NCBI GenBank assembly: GCA_950097015.1 | Contig: CATNEN010000033.1 | Span: forward strand, 310,001 to 374,000 | Length of the DNA stretch: 64,000 nucleotides | Source: Macrostomum hystrix | Taxonomy: Eukaryota; Animalia; Platyhelminthes | Direction: 5' to 3' | Shown here: in pieces, positions 12,385 through 25,100 of the stretch | How the letters are laid out: each line of letters begins with the position of its first letter | How positions within the stretch are numbered: the stretch's first letter is position 1 | Program-made: the position numbers and the translations under genes | Notes under the pieces: model-generated | The model's database searches: none | Told to the model about the DNA's origin: nothing | What the model saw: the letters and a program-made list of their open reading frames with translations, nothing else

Positions 12385-13793
12385 AAAACTGACGTCTGAC
12401 GATGCTAAAACATGAGCATGAAGATGCAATCCTATACTAAACTGACGTCTGACGATGCTAAAACATGAGCATGAAGATGCAATCCTATACTAAACTGACG
12501 TCTGACGATGCTAAAACATGAGCATGAAGATGCGATCCTATACTAAACTGACGTCTGACGATGCTAAAACATGAGCATGAAGATGCAATCCTACTAAACT
12601 GACGTCTGACGTTGCTAAAACATGAGCATGAAGATGCGATCCTATACTAAACTGACGTCTGACGTTGCTAAAACATGAGCATGAAGATGCAATCCTATAC
12701 TAAACTGACGTCTGACGATGCTAAAACATGAGCATGAAGATGCAATCCTACTAAACTGACGTCTGACGTTGCTAAAACATGAGCATGAAGATGCAATCCT
12801 ATACTAAACTGACGTCTGACGTTGCTAAAACATGAGCATGAAGATGCAATCCTATACTAAACTGACGTCTGACGATGCTAAAACATGAGCATGAAGATGC
12901 AATCCTACTAAACTGACGTCTGACGTTGCTAAAACATGAGCATGAAGATGCAATCCTATACTAAACTGACGTCTGACGATGCTAAAACATGAGCATGAAG
13001 ATGCAATCCTACTAAACTGACGTCTGACGTTGCTAAAACATGAGCATGAAGATGCAATCCTATACTAAACTGACGTCTGACGTTGCTAAAACATGAGCAT
13101 GAAGATGCAATCCTATACTAAACTGACGTCTGACGATGCTAAAACATGAGCATGAAGATGCAATCCTACTAAACTGACGTCTGACGTTGCTAAAACATGA
13201 GCATGAAGATGCAATCCTATACTAAACTGACGTCTGACGTTGCTAAAACATGAGCATGAAGATGCAATCCTATACTAAACTGACGTCTGACGATGCTAAA
13301 ACATGAGCATGAAGATGCAATCCTATACTAAACTGACGTCTGACGATGCTAAAACATGAGCATGAAGATGCGATCCTATACTAAACTGACGTCTGACGAT
13401 GCTAAAACATGAGCATGAAGATGCAATCCTACTAAACTGACGTCTGACGTTGCTAAAACATGAGCATGAAGATGCGATCCTATACTAAACTGACGTCTGA
13501 CGTTGCTAAAACATGAGCATGAAGATGCAATCCTATACTAAACTGACGTCTGACGATGCTAAAACATGAGCATGAAGATGCAATCCTACTAAACTGACGT
13601 CTGACGTTGCTAAAACATGAGCATGAAGATGCAATCCTATACTAAACTGACGTCTGACGTTGCTAAAACATGAGCATGAAGATGCAATCCTATACTAAAC
13701 TGACGTCTGACGATGCTAAAACATGAGCATGAAGATGCAATCCTACTAAACTGACGTCTGACGATGCTAAAACATGAGCATGAAGATGCAATC
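12385..13793. repeat. 53/51-bp minisatellite
   Basis: Unit AAACTGACGTCTGACGATGCTAAAACATGAGCATGAAGATGCAATCCTATACT, with a 2-bp deletion variant. Confidence 0.95.
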
Positions 13794-14554
13794 TAACAGA
13801 CAAACAATTTTCTTGAATTCGATAAGGCGAACAGCCTATAGGTACAGTGGAAAGCGACTTTGCAGCGTTCCCTCTTAGAAGGAAAGTCAGGTAGAAAGTG
13901 ACCAGTGTCAAAGTGTGAGGCCCGCAGTCCGCAGCTGCCGTGTAATCTCAGGGAATGATGTAATTACCCATGCTCAACAGCTGCCGTCTCATTTTCCAAG
14001 AGGAAATTAATAGGTGCGAGCTGGAGCAGAGGGGTGACTTAAAAGGTGAATAGAGGAACAGTGCTGCTGATTCAACAAGAGTGAAATGAGCCACCCATGC
14101 CATAGAGTACCCATCGTGGTCCCTGTGTCTGCGGACAGTACAGTTCAGTGACAGCGAAAATGAAACTAGATGCTTTGAGCGATAGGTAAACGAAATTAAT
14201 AGGAGCGAGTCGAATTGTCATGCTGCGACGGTACATTTTATTAAGCTAACGATAGAGAACAGCGGTGAAAGCTATCTAGGAAATTTGAGGACCTCGGTAA
14301 ATAAGGATTTCGGGGAAATATTTAATTCGGGAAACATAAAATACTGAAAATTTCGAATTCCTAAATATTGGAGTTCAATAAATATCGAAGTCGACTAATG
14401 TTGAATTCTATGAATTTAGATTTTTGTGCATTTCAAATTCGTGAAATATGCATTTCGGGAAATATAGAATTTGGGAAAATTCTATTTGGGAAAATAAAAT
14501 TAGGGAAATATGGGAATCAGGAAATATGAAAATCAGGAAAATGGAATTTAGGAA

Positions 14555-14700
14555 ATTTGGAATTCGGGATATATGGAATTCGGAATATATGGAATTCGGG
14601 ATATATGGAATTCGGGATATATGGAATTCGGGATTTATGGAATTCGGGATATATGGAATTCGGGATTTATGGAATTCGGGATATATGGAATTCGGGAAAA
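14555..14700. repeat. 16-bp minisatellite with degenerate flanks
   Basis: Unit GGAATTCGGGATATAT. Confidence 0.9.
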
Positions 14701-15789
14701 TGGAATTTCTGTGCTATTTATACAGTGTGAATTCGCCAAAAATTATTATCGTTCATTGTGTTAGTCAGGCTAAGCCCGAGTAGCGATGAATCCCTTGCGG
14801 TTCAGAAGAATTTAAGAGGCTGGTGGGCCATAGAATTCTAATAAATTTCACTAGCAGCTCACTTACTGGCTGAGCTGTCTTTTTCGAACAGACAGCCCCC
14901 CCACAATGGGTTTGTGGGTGTGTGCAATGAGTTTTGCAACAACACCGCGGGTGGCCGGTGGATTGGCAAAGGGGGGTGTGTGCAATTTATTGCCGATTTT
15001 CGACGACAAAAAAATCGAGCGGCCTCAACAATCTCGAACTCAAGCTAGCGAACTCAAACTAGACGGCCGCGACTTGCTGGCCCCCCCCGCGGGGCAGCAG
15101 CTCTTGAGGGGCGACACGGCCGAGCAGAGGGGGAGCTTCAGTGGGACTCTCGCTCCCAATTAGCGGGAGGGCGCCCGAGTATGGAGAGAGAGGAGTGAGT
15201 AGGGGTGAGAAAAAGGGGAGAGTAGGACCCTAATCAGCACCGAGGGTGAGGAGGGAAGGATCCAGCATAAGTTATTAACGATGGCTTTACTGCATGTGTT
15301 GCTTTGAATGCTTCCGTTCAATTCGCATATTTCTCGCATCGCATAGTGATTTTCGCCGGCCGCAGAACCGTGCTCAACACCCCCAACTCACCCCACCCCC
15401 CTGCACTGGCCTCGGGGAGGAGACAGTGGAAGTTGGGATCTGCCTGATCCGTCATTCCCTTCCCCTTCAACTGGTCCCCCCTAGGGCTCGGGCCCCTCTA
15501 ATTGCCATTGCAATACCTTCGGGCAGTATAATTTCGCGCGTCTTTACGAGTCCGGGCCTAGCAATTACTGTATGTCGCGGGGCCAACAAAATCTGTTTGT
15601 TTGTGTGTGTGTGTGTGTGTGCGATTGGCGTGCTGATTTCGAATATTACGAGCTAAGCCTCTGCGTTTCTGGCTCGATTCGATCGGCTGTTTTAAGATTT
15701 ATCCCTCAGGGCGTAGATCAATATTTCTTTCCTATAAAACGTTTACATTAATTATATTTTAACAAAATATCACAATTAAAGGACCAATG

Positions 15790-16117
15790 AAATCACACTG
15801 GTACTCCTCTGTGATCACTCTGGCACTCCTCTGTGATCACACTCTGGCACTCCTCTGCGATCACACACTGGCACTCCTCTGCGATCACACACTGGCACTC
15901 CTCTGCGATCACACACTGGCACTCCTCTGCGATCACACTCTGGCACTCCTCTGCGATCACACACTGGCACTCCTCTGCGATCACACACTGGCACTCCTCT
16001 GCGATCACACGCTGGCACTCCTCTGCGATCACACGCTGGCACTCCTCTGCGATCACACACTGGCACTCCTCTGCGATCACACGCTGGCACTCCCCTGCGA
16101 TCACTCTGGCACTCCTC
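15790..16117. repeat. 24-bp minisatellite
   Basis: Unit GATCACACACTGGCACTCCTCTGC. Confidence 0.95.
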
Positions 16118-16572
16118 AAATTGTTTTATTACAGTAAAATAATAAACTGCCAATAGTATTCAAGTGACATCAGAATAGTTGCAGTTGAAATGCATATTTC
16201 AAATATCAGGTGTCGAATACCACGCAGCATATAATGCTGAATATGTTATTCTTAATACTTACATATACGACTACAATGAGTAATTCGCATTAGATACGCC
16301 TCAAAATATGTTGGACACTAGCTTCGCAAATCCTATTTCGGTCTTTCTCGCTTCCCAACGAATTCAATCATGGATCTACAAAGTTTTCTTTTCTATGTTA
16401 TACTTGAAGTATACGTACCAAGAACTCTTAGTGCACTAAAATAATAACAATATAAACACATATGTCTGTACTAAATTATACTGTATCTCTTGGCAAGGTA
16501 AAACACAGGAAATCATATAAACTATGCTGGAATGGAATACCAGTATAACAGTATTACCAGTGCAGTGCTTCT

Positions 16573-17500
16573 CTATAGCTTGAATACAAGCACACTTTTT
16601 TCAGACATCTGCAGCACAGATATAAGGAAATTTTTTAAACATCCCTTTTGTCTATCATCCGCTTTCCGTATTGAAAATGGGTTTATTGCTTCTTTTAATA
16701 CCACAAAACTTTCGAAACGTAAAATATAAACAGTTTGCTACTTAAGTATTCTCGAAAAAAACGATTTAATTTTTTTGGCAGGTGCTGATGAAAATAGTTA
16801 AAAGAAGGAACAACAATATAAATTTGAAAAAATATTCCTGAGTTTCTTAAATGAAAATTGTTAAAATAGCTACAAGCAATAAATGCGCTCAAATGTTACT
16901 TTACGATGCTCGACGGATTTTTTTATTTTCTTGCTTTAAGAAGTGTAAAGTAAAGCAAAGTGATATGGGCTTCTCCTTTAAAAATGTCCATCAAGAAGTT
17001 TTGCAAACAGGGAAATATTCTATTCAAAATATGAACTTTACAGCGTAAATCGCTAATGGTAACTAAATCGTGATAATTTTTTTGATTATAGATTTTATAA
17101 GAATCACTACTGTATTTCGACCACTTAGACTTAGTAGTGACTTAGTAGTGAATTTGTGACTCCTCTATGTTTCTTTTTTGTATCGTTATAAATATATTTT
17201 CATGTTACATAGAAATTTACACAGGGTTAATATTTACTTAAACAGGGCTTCTTCAAAAGCTGTCAAAACAGTTTTTGGACAGCTAGTGTGTTAAGAATGA
17301 CAGCCAATATTTTTTGCACTCATATTTCGATATCAATTATATTTTTTCACTGAGTTTGTTTTTATCTTACGTTTCCAAAGTACACAAAATCTTACTTGAG
17401 TTAAAATTAAAGAATATTTGCTGCAACATATACTTATACAATGAGAAAAGTAATCTAAAGTTTATAGCGTCACAATAATGATTAATGATTTAAGGTTTTT
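16573..17500 (-). mobile_element. Heavily decayed Penelope-like retroelement (RT end, linker, endonuclease C-terminus)
   Basis: Colinear broken peptides LWKR, SFLTH, HILNRIFP..QNFLMDIF, HITLLYF, SSAPAKKIKSFFSR, FVVLKEA, QMSEKSVLVFKL*; many stops; AT-rich. Confidence 0.45.
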
Positions 17501-18249
17501 AATCTTAGAGTTAGCCCGAGTAGGTAGATTGGTTATGCTTAGTAAAGTATAGGTATCTGTGATTAGATCAGTTAGTGAGTTAGTTTAATACAAGAGTAAT
17601 TACATTAAAACATTTGACCTGAATATTTTCTATTTTTGATTTTTCTTTAGTCCTTAAACTACAGTAAAAATGAAGCTTAAGATCAGTCTTTTTTCTTTAC
17701 CTTAAGATAGAAAGTTTTACTATTTTTATTTAACCTAGAGAATAAATAAAATCAATACTTTAATTAATGTTATGTTTAGGATTAATTTTAGTTTTTTAGT
17801 TATTTAACTTACAGTATTAACATGCTATTTTCTAAAATTAGGTAAAGTTCTTGAGAAATAAACTAATCAAAGTAGATGTTACAAAGTTTAATAACTTTTG
17901 GAATCATAAGTGGTTATTGTTTAGTTGCAAATTAATCCCTAATGTAACTTAAACCTATATAGTTTCAAAAATTTTTGTTTGACTTCCAGTTTTGTGGACT
18001 ATTATCATTTAAATGCATTTATCATAACAAAAGTCTTATTTAACTATAGTTAAAGCAAACCTGAAAAAGTCCAGGGCACGGATAAATAGGTACATGGCAG
18101 GAGTAAATATTCTCTCCATTGTGTTCTTAAATTCTTCGTCATCTAATTAATACTTAGCTAATGATTTTCAAGCAGTGCGTTGAATCTGATCCACGTCGAC
18201 CCTCTTTAACTCCAATTAGTAATGATAAAATTTAAGCAGCAGTGTATTC

Positions 18250-18520
18250 TCTCATCATGTCTGAACTCATGTCTGTTTTTTAGCAGGCAATTTTGGCACT
18301 ACAGATTCCCATGTTGTAACCTTTGGTGCTGTTCCTGCACTCGCTGTTTTGTTGGCATTGTCTATGGCCAAACTTTCATAATTCACAGTTTACAGTTTCC
18401 GAGCCATTTATTTGTGCACATGTATTTTTCTTCTTTTTTTATAGGCTTGGACAATTGTTGTTCTGCTTTTACCAATACATATTGCACATATTAGACTGTA
18501 CATATTGCACAAGTGAGTTA
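18250..18520 (-). mobile_element. Decayed GIY-YIG endonuclease fragment (Penelope-like)
   Basis: CNMYSLICAICIGKSRTT...TVNYESLAI...KVTTWESVV, interrupted by stops. Confidence 0.35.
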
Positions 18521-19085
18521 CAAGCTACACAGGTTCTACGCCAAGAAATAGTACCTGGGCAAATTAATTCCACGTGCTTGGCTGTATAATTTGGGCTACA
18601 GAATCTAAATCTGGTTAGTTTGCATGCCTCCGCTGCCAACTGAGCTGAAGCGAGTGTGGCTAGAGATACAGGCGCAGAATTGCCAGATAACAAGTGTGTA
18701 AATATAGCCTTGTCAGTGCAGGGTTTCAATTAGATTTTGCACACATTTTATCAGCTGTGGCAGGGGGTCATCTCTCTTTCTATTCGATCTCGATCTCTGC
18801 GCAGGCCTCCATAATTATTGCAGTATAATACGAGTAGATTTTATGAACTGGCGACCACTCTATTATTCTTAACACTTAACTCTTGTAAGAATCTTATATA
18901 AATTTATGAATTTCTGTGAAACTAATTTTGCTTCCAGATAAAAGCTCGATAGCAATAGTCGTGATAATGTGCCGCCTCCATCTAACGGTAGAAATGATTG
19001 ATTGATTAAAAAAATCGTGAGAACCCGTGGTCGTTAAGCTTTCCTGAATCTTGGAACTCTCTGCTAATTGCTAAATTATCTAAAG

Positions 19086-19151
19086 ATGGACGACGACTCA
19101 CATGGTTTGCGTCTACTGTGGGATCACTACTTGAAGGCGAGAATGAGTCAG
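19086..19151 (+). CDS. LYST: LYST exon 1 (start codon)
   Basis: ATG...CAG|GTAAGC; MDDDSHGLRLLWDHYLKARMSQ; phase 0 joins exon 2. Confidence 0.7.
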
Positions 19152-22100
19152 GTAAGCCTTTCAGACTGTTGTCCATTCAACAGAAACAATTTTTCATAAT
19201 GTTAATCTCGCTCAGGGAACGAGTGGCAGAGCAGTCTAACGCATTTGCCTCTCGCACCAAGGTCCCTGAGCTCGATTCCGTGGCGAGGCCACATTTACGC
19301 CCTTGAGGACCAACCTCCAAGGCACAGTGAAGTGTACACTGCCTGACAATTAGAAAGTCAGGGCAGATGTACACACCTGTGTGAGCGTGTGCCTGCGTAC
19401 GTTGTCTGTGTGTGTGCTCAGGAGTCAGCAAAATGGGCAGAATTGCCTCCTCGCTGGCTGCCGGTCAAATGTCACAGCAGATGGTGTGCCATTGCGCGCA
19501 GCTCTCCTGCTATTATTATTATTGTTTATTTTTTATTTATATTCTCCCCGCAGAAACCCGTCTACCTGAATAAATTCCTTCGCTTATTCTTCGACCTGTG
19601 TTATCGCCAGCAGCGGCCAGCACTGTCCTTGAAGGACACCCGCAGCAGCGTGTCCCTGCTTGTGCGCGAGTTTATCGCCGACATCAACGCCTGCTGCAAG
19701 TACGGCAAAGACGATCAGGACATTCAGCCGCTTTGCAACTACCTGCTCCGCGATAGGGGCTGGCTCATTCTCTATGCACTGAGTCGGCTGCAGGTCTCTG
19801 TGAGTTTGCTGCTCAACTGTCTGATGGCTTTGGAATAGGTCTGTGACTGCTGATCCCATCCAGTTGTGTGTGACTGCTGATCCCATCCAGTTGTGTGTGA
19901 CTGCTGATCCCATCCAGGTGTGTGTGACTGCTGATCCCATCCAGTTGTGTGTGACTGCTGATCCCATCCAGTTGTGTGTGACTGCTGATCCCATCCAGTT
20001 GTGTGTGACTGCTGATCCCATCCAGGTGTGTGTGACTGCTGATCCCATCCAGTTGTGTGTGACTGCTGATCCCATCCAGTTGTGTGTGACTGCTGATCCC
20101 ATCCAGTTGTGTGTGGCTGCTGATCCCATCCAGTTGTGTGTGGCTGCTGATCCCATCCAGTTGTGTGTGACTGCTGATCCCATCCAGTTGTGTGTGACTG
20201 CTGATCCCATCCAGTTGTGTGTGACTGCTGATCCCATCCAGTTGTGTGTGACTGCTGATCCCATCCAGTTGTGTGTGACTGCTGATCCCATCCAGTTGTG
20301 TGTGACTGCTGATTCCATCCAGTTGTGTGTGACTGCTGATCCCATCCAGTTGTGTGTGACTGCTGATCCCATCCAGTTGTGTGTGACTGCTGATTCCATC
20401 CAGTTGTGTGTGACTGCTGATCCCATCCAGTTGTGTGTGACTGCTGATTCCATCCAGGTGTGTGTGACTGCTGATCCCATCCAGTTGTGTGTGACTGCTG
20501 ATCCCATCCAGTTGTGTGTGACTGCTGATTCCATCCAGTTGTGTGTGACTGCTGATTCCATCCAGTTGTGTGTGACTGCTGATTCCATCCAGTTGTGTGT
20601 GGCTGCTGATCCCATCCAGTTGTGTGTGACTGCTGATTCCATCCAGTTGTGTGTGACTGCTGATCCCATCCAGTTGTGTGTGACTGCTGATTCCATCCAG
20701 GTGTGTGTGACTGCTGATCCCATCCAGTTGTGTGTGACTGCTGATCCCATCCAGTTGTGTGTGACTGCTGATCCCATCCAGTTGTGTGTGACTGCTGATT
20801 CCATCCAGGTGTGTTACTGCTGATCCCATCCAGTTGTGTGTGACTGCTGATCTCATCCAGTTGTGTGTGACTGCTGATCTCATCCAGTTGTGTGTGACTG
20901 CTGATCCCATCCAATTGTGTGTGACTGCTGATCCCATCCAGTTGTGTGTGACTGCTGATCCCATCCAGTTGTGTGTGACTGCTGATCCCATCCAGTTGTG
21001 TGTGACTGCTGATTCCATCCAGTTGTGTGTGACTGCTGATCCCATCCAGGTCTGTGACTGCTGATCCCATCCAGGTGTGTGACTGCTGATCCCATCCAGT
21101 TGTGTGTGACTGCTGATCCCATCCAGGTCTGTGACTGCTGATCCCATCCAGTTGTGTGACTGCTGATCCCATCCAGGTCTGTGACTGCTGATCCCATCCA
21201 GTTGTGTGTTACTGCTGATCCCATCCAGTTGTGTGTGACTGCTGATCCCATCCAGTTGTGTGTGACTGCTGATCCCATCCAGTTGTGTGTGACTGCTGAT
21301 CCCATCCAGTTGTGTGACTGCTGATTCCATCCAGGTGTGTGACTGCTGATCCCATCGAGGTGAGACAAACGGGTGATCCCATATAGGTAGGATGTATGCA
21401 AGTAATTTTGGACAAATGGACAGAAAGAAAGAAAGAGTTATATATTTTTGCAGGAAGCTTCAGACTGCTTTGACTTTGCCAGCATTCTGGTGTCAATCTT
21501 CAAAATGATGGGCGACTACAAGGAGAATTTTAAAGCTAGCGGTAAGCAGTTGTTCAGCTTTTTTAAAACAAAATTTAAATAATTTTACATGGAAATTTAC
21601 CTTATTTTTATTGGAGATATAAAGATATAAAGATTCAAAGCGTTGAAGATATAAAAAAATGCTCAAAATTTCTCAACAGAGGATGTTAGCCTAGCCATGC
21701 CCGAGCTCGATTCCTGTTTTGGCAATTCGCGCCCGCCTTCCGATCTGGGCGGAAGAAGTTTTCGCGGCCAACGCGGTCGAACTAGAAAATGGCGCTCGGA
21801 CAAGGCGGCAGCTGCGGCTTCGGCGGCGGCGGCAGCGAAAGCGGCAGATGCAGCAGTAGCAGCAGCAGCAGCCGTCTCAGCAGCAACGCTAGCCGACAGC
21901 AACAATCCCTATCAGATTTCTAAGAAGCGGGCGAACGTCATCGAAGTAAGAAATGCCAGCTCGTCTGCGCTGGGACACGTTGTCGTTAATAGCAGCGACT
22001 CTGACGCACCGGACGTGACATCGGCTTACCGACAGCAGCGCCCGACAGCATCCGCTAACTTCAGCGGCGCAGGCTACCCTGCAGCAGCTGTTGGACTCGC

Positions 22101-25100
22101 TGGTGTGCGGTCTTCCCGCGGTGCGCACAACGAAACTGTCACCTTCGACATTCGCCTGTCTGATGACGATGGCGACGTAGATTTGTCTGGCGATAACGCC
22201 GCCGCGGCCGCAGCAGCCGTCGCTGCAGCCAGTGCTGCTGCGGCTGTTGTTGAAGCCGACGAAGCCGCTGTTGAACAGTCAGGTGATTTGTGTATGCGAA
22301 CCGAATGCATTTAATGCGCCTAAGGATTAACTGAGACCCACTTAAAGGTTCTATGATAAAAATTGTTTGGATAAGAGTAGTAATTTTTTAATTACCTAAA
22401 GATTGTAGGATTATCGAGAAATGATTGTAGGATTAACGATGAAGGATTGTAGGATTATCGAGAAATGATTGTAGGATTAACGATGAATGATTGTAGGATT
22501 AACGATGAAGGATTGTAGGTATTACTGATGAAAGATTGTAGGATTAACGATGAATGATTGTGGGATTAACTATGAATGATTGTAGGATTAACGATCATGC
22601 GACGCCAGGTAACCCAGCAATCCATGGCAGTTTTAGTTTGGTACTTATTACTCTTGTTCTTCATATAAAATTGTCAGGGACACCACAAATCGACGGATCT
22701 CAGGACCACCACCAGCAGCAGCAGCAGCAGCGACAGCGAAGGTCCTCTCTGGCCGACTCCAAACGTCATCCCACAGTGGAGGCGGACGATGTTCGCATCC
22801 TCCTGGTGTCGCTGCTGTGCCAGCTGTGCCGCACGGATACTCCCAGCTCCATCACCGTCGGTGGAGGCGGCATCGACTGGCGTTCTGGCGAGTCCTGGCG
22901 ATCGAAACAGGCCCTCTGCCCGGAGCTGCTGCCCTGCATGCTGGCCGATGTACTTTGCCGCGTCGATGTCGCGGACCTTTGGCTGAAGCCGAAACGATTG
23001 GCGCTGTGTCAGCACATTCTGCGCACCGTGCTGTCGGCAGCCTACTCTCTGCTGCTGGCTGGCACAGCTGGTATAAACGTGTTGCTAGGCAACCGGCTTT
23101 TTGACAGCTTGTTTCAATTGAGCGACGCCTGTCTGAATTGCATGACGAAGGAGAACGCGGTGCTTGTGAGTTTCTGCAAGTCTAAAAAATTCTCCGCCGC
23201 GATTTTTAGATGAGATTCCCCCACCAGGATTTCCAAGTCGGATTTCTCCAGAATTTCTAAATAGGAATCCCACGTCCTATTTAGAAATTGGATTCCCTCA
23301 CCAGGATTTCCTATTGTGATTTCCCCACTGGGATTTCCAAGTCGGATTTCCCAATAATTTTTAAATATGAATCCCACATCCTAGAATTTGAATTCCCTCA
23401 CCAGAATTTCCCCACTGGGATTTCCCACGGGGATTTCCGCACTCGGATTTCCGCACAGGGATTTCCCCACAGGGATTTCCCCACTAGAATTTCCTCACCG
23501 AGATTTGGAAATGTGATATCTCCACCAGATTTTCCAAGCGGGTTTTCATTGGCAGGATTTCCAAATTAGTTTTCTCCACCGCGATTTCCAGATAGGATTC
23601 CCCCACTAAGATTCCCACTGGGATTTTGAAAAGGGATTTCCACAACCGGATTTGCTGAGCCAGATGTCTGAGTTTTTCCATTGGGATTTCTCCGGATCTT
23701 CCAATAAGAAATCCCATCTGGGATTACAAAATAGGATACTCTTAGATTCTGGGATTGCCTCTCGGGATTTCCTTGTGTAATTTCTCCTTCAATTTCAACC
23801 TGTCAGGTAAAAAATTGTATTTCTGTCGCCCCACCCCGCCAGGTGTCAGAGACGGTCGGCCAGGCCATCGCCGGCACTCTGCACCTGCTGATTGCGCACG
23901 CCTCTCGCCTAGAGCGGGCCAGCTCCGGCCTCGACCAGGCCGACCTTCGCCTGCCCGTCGCTTGGCTGGAAGCCGACGGTCCCGGAGCTCTCCGGCGACT
24001 CGCCGAACAGCCGTTTTCCGAGGCCGCCGCCGCCGCTGCCTCCTGCGTCTCCCTTCTAGGTGCCCAGCTGCTCGGCCTGAAGCGCTGCCGAGTTCAGCTG
24101 GCCCACCTCAGCCGATGCCGGCGTCGGGGGCACCGCCTCTGCGACTACAGCTTCTACGCCAATCATCACTGCGACGCCTTCGTGGCGGCCCGGCTTGGCC
24201 GCAGAGAGCGGGTCTGCCTGGCCGCAGAGCTGGCGGGCCTTCTGCTCAGCCTAGTTGACACCCCGGCTGTGAGCTACGTGAGTTTTTGAGCATTTTATGA
24301 GCACTTTCTATCCCATCTATCCTTTCTATCCCATCTACCCTTTCTATCCCATCTCCCCTTTCTATCCCATCTACCCTTTCTATCCCATCTACCCTTTCTA
24401 TCCCATCTCCCCTTTCTATCCCATCTCCCCTTTCTATCCTATCTACCTTTCTATTCCATCTACCCTTTCTATCCCATCTCCCCTTTCTATCCCATCTACC
24501 CTTTCTATCCCATCTCCCCTTTCTAACCCATCTACCTTTTCTATCCCATCTACCTTTCTATCCCATCTACCCTTTCTATCCCATCTACCTTTCTATCCCA
24601 TCTCCCCTTTCTATCCCATCTCCCCTTTCTATCCCATCTACCCTTTCTATCCCATCTACCCTTTCTATCCCATCTCCCCTTTCTAACCCATCTACCTTTT
24701 CTATCCCATCTCCCCTTTCTATCCCATCTACCTTTCTATCCCATCTACCTTTCTATCCCATCTACCTTTCTATCCCATCTACCTTTCTATCCCATCTACC
24801 CTTTCTATCCCATCTACCCTTTCTATCCCATCTACCCTTTCTATCCCATCTCCCCTTTCTATCCCATCTCCCCTTTCTATCCCATCTACCCTTTCTATCC
24901 CATCTCCCCTTTCTATCCCATCTACCCTTTCTATCCCATCTCCCCTTTCTATCCCATCTACCCTTTCTATCCCATCTCCTCTTTCTATCCCATCTACCCT
25001 TTCTATCCCATCTCCCCTTTCTATCCCATCTACCCTTTCTATCCCATCTACCCTTTCTATCCCATCTCCCCTTTCTATCCCATCTACCCTTTCTATCCCA

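Noticed and set aside
8838-13793. CRISPR-like regular repeats
   Set aside because: Units are head-to-tail with no unique spacers, there are no cas genes, and the context is eukaryotic.
12385-13793. Hammerhead ribozyme in the 53-bp unit (CTGACGA-TGC...GCA-TGAAG)
   Set aside because: No GAAA core and no stems I or III.
19584-21401. Long ORFs of 326-505 aa on both strands (HNWMGSAVT and similar)
   Set aside because: Stop-free translations of the 27-bp intronic array, open in several frames.
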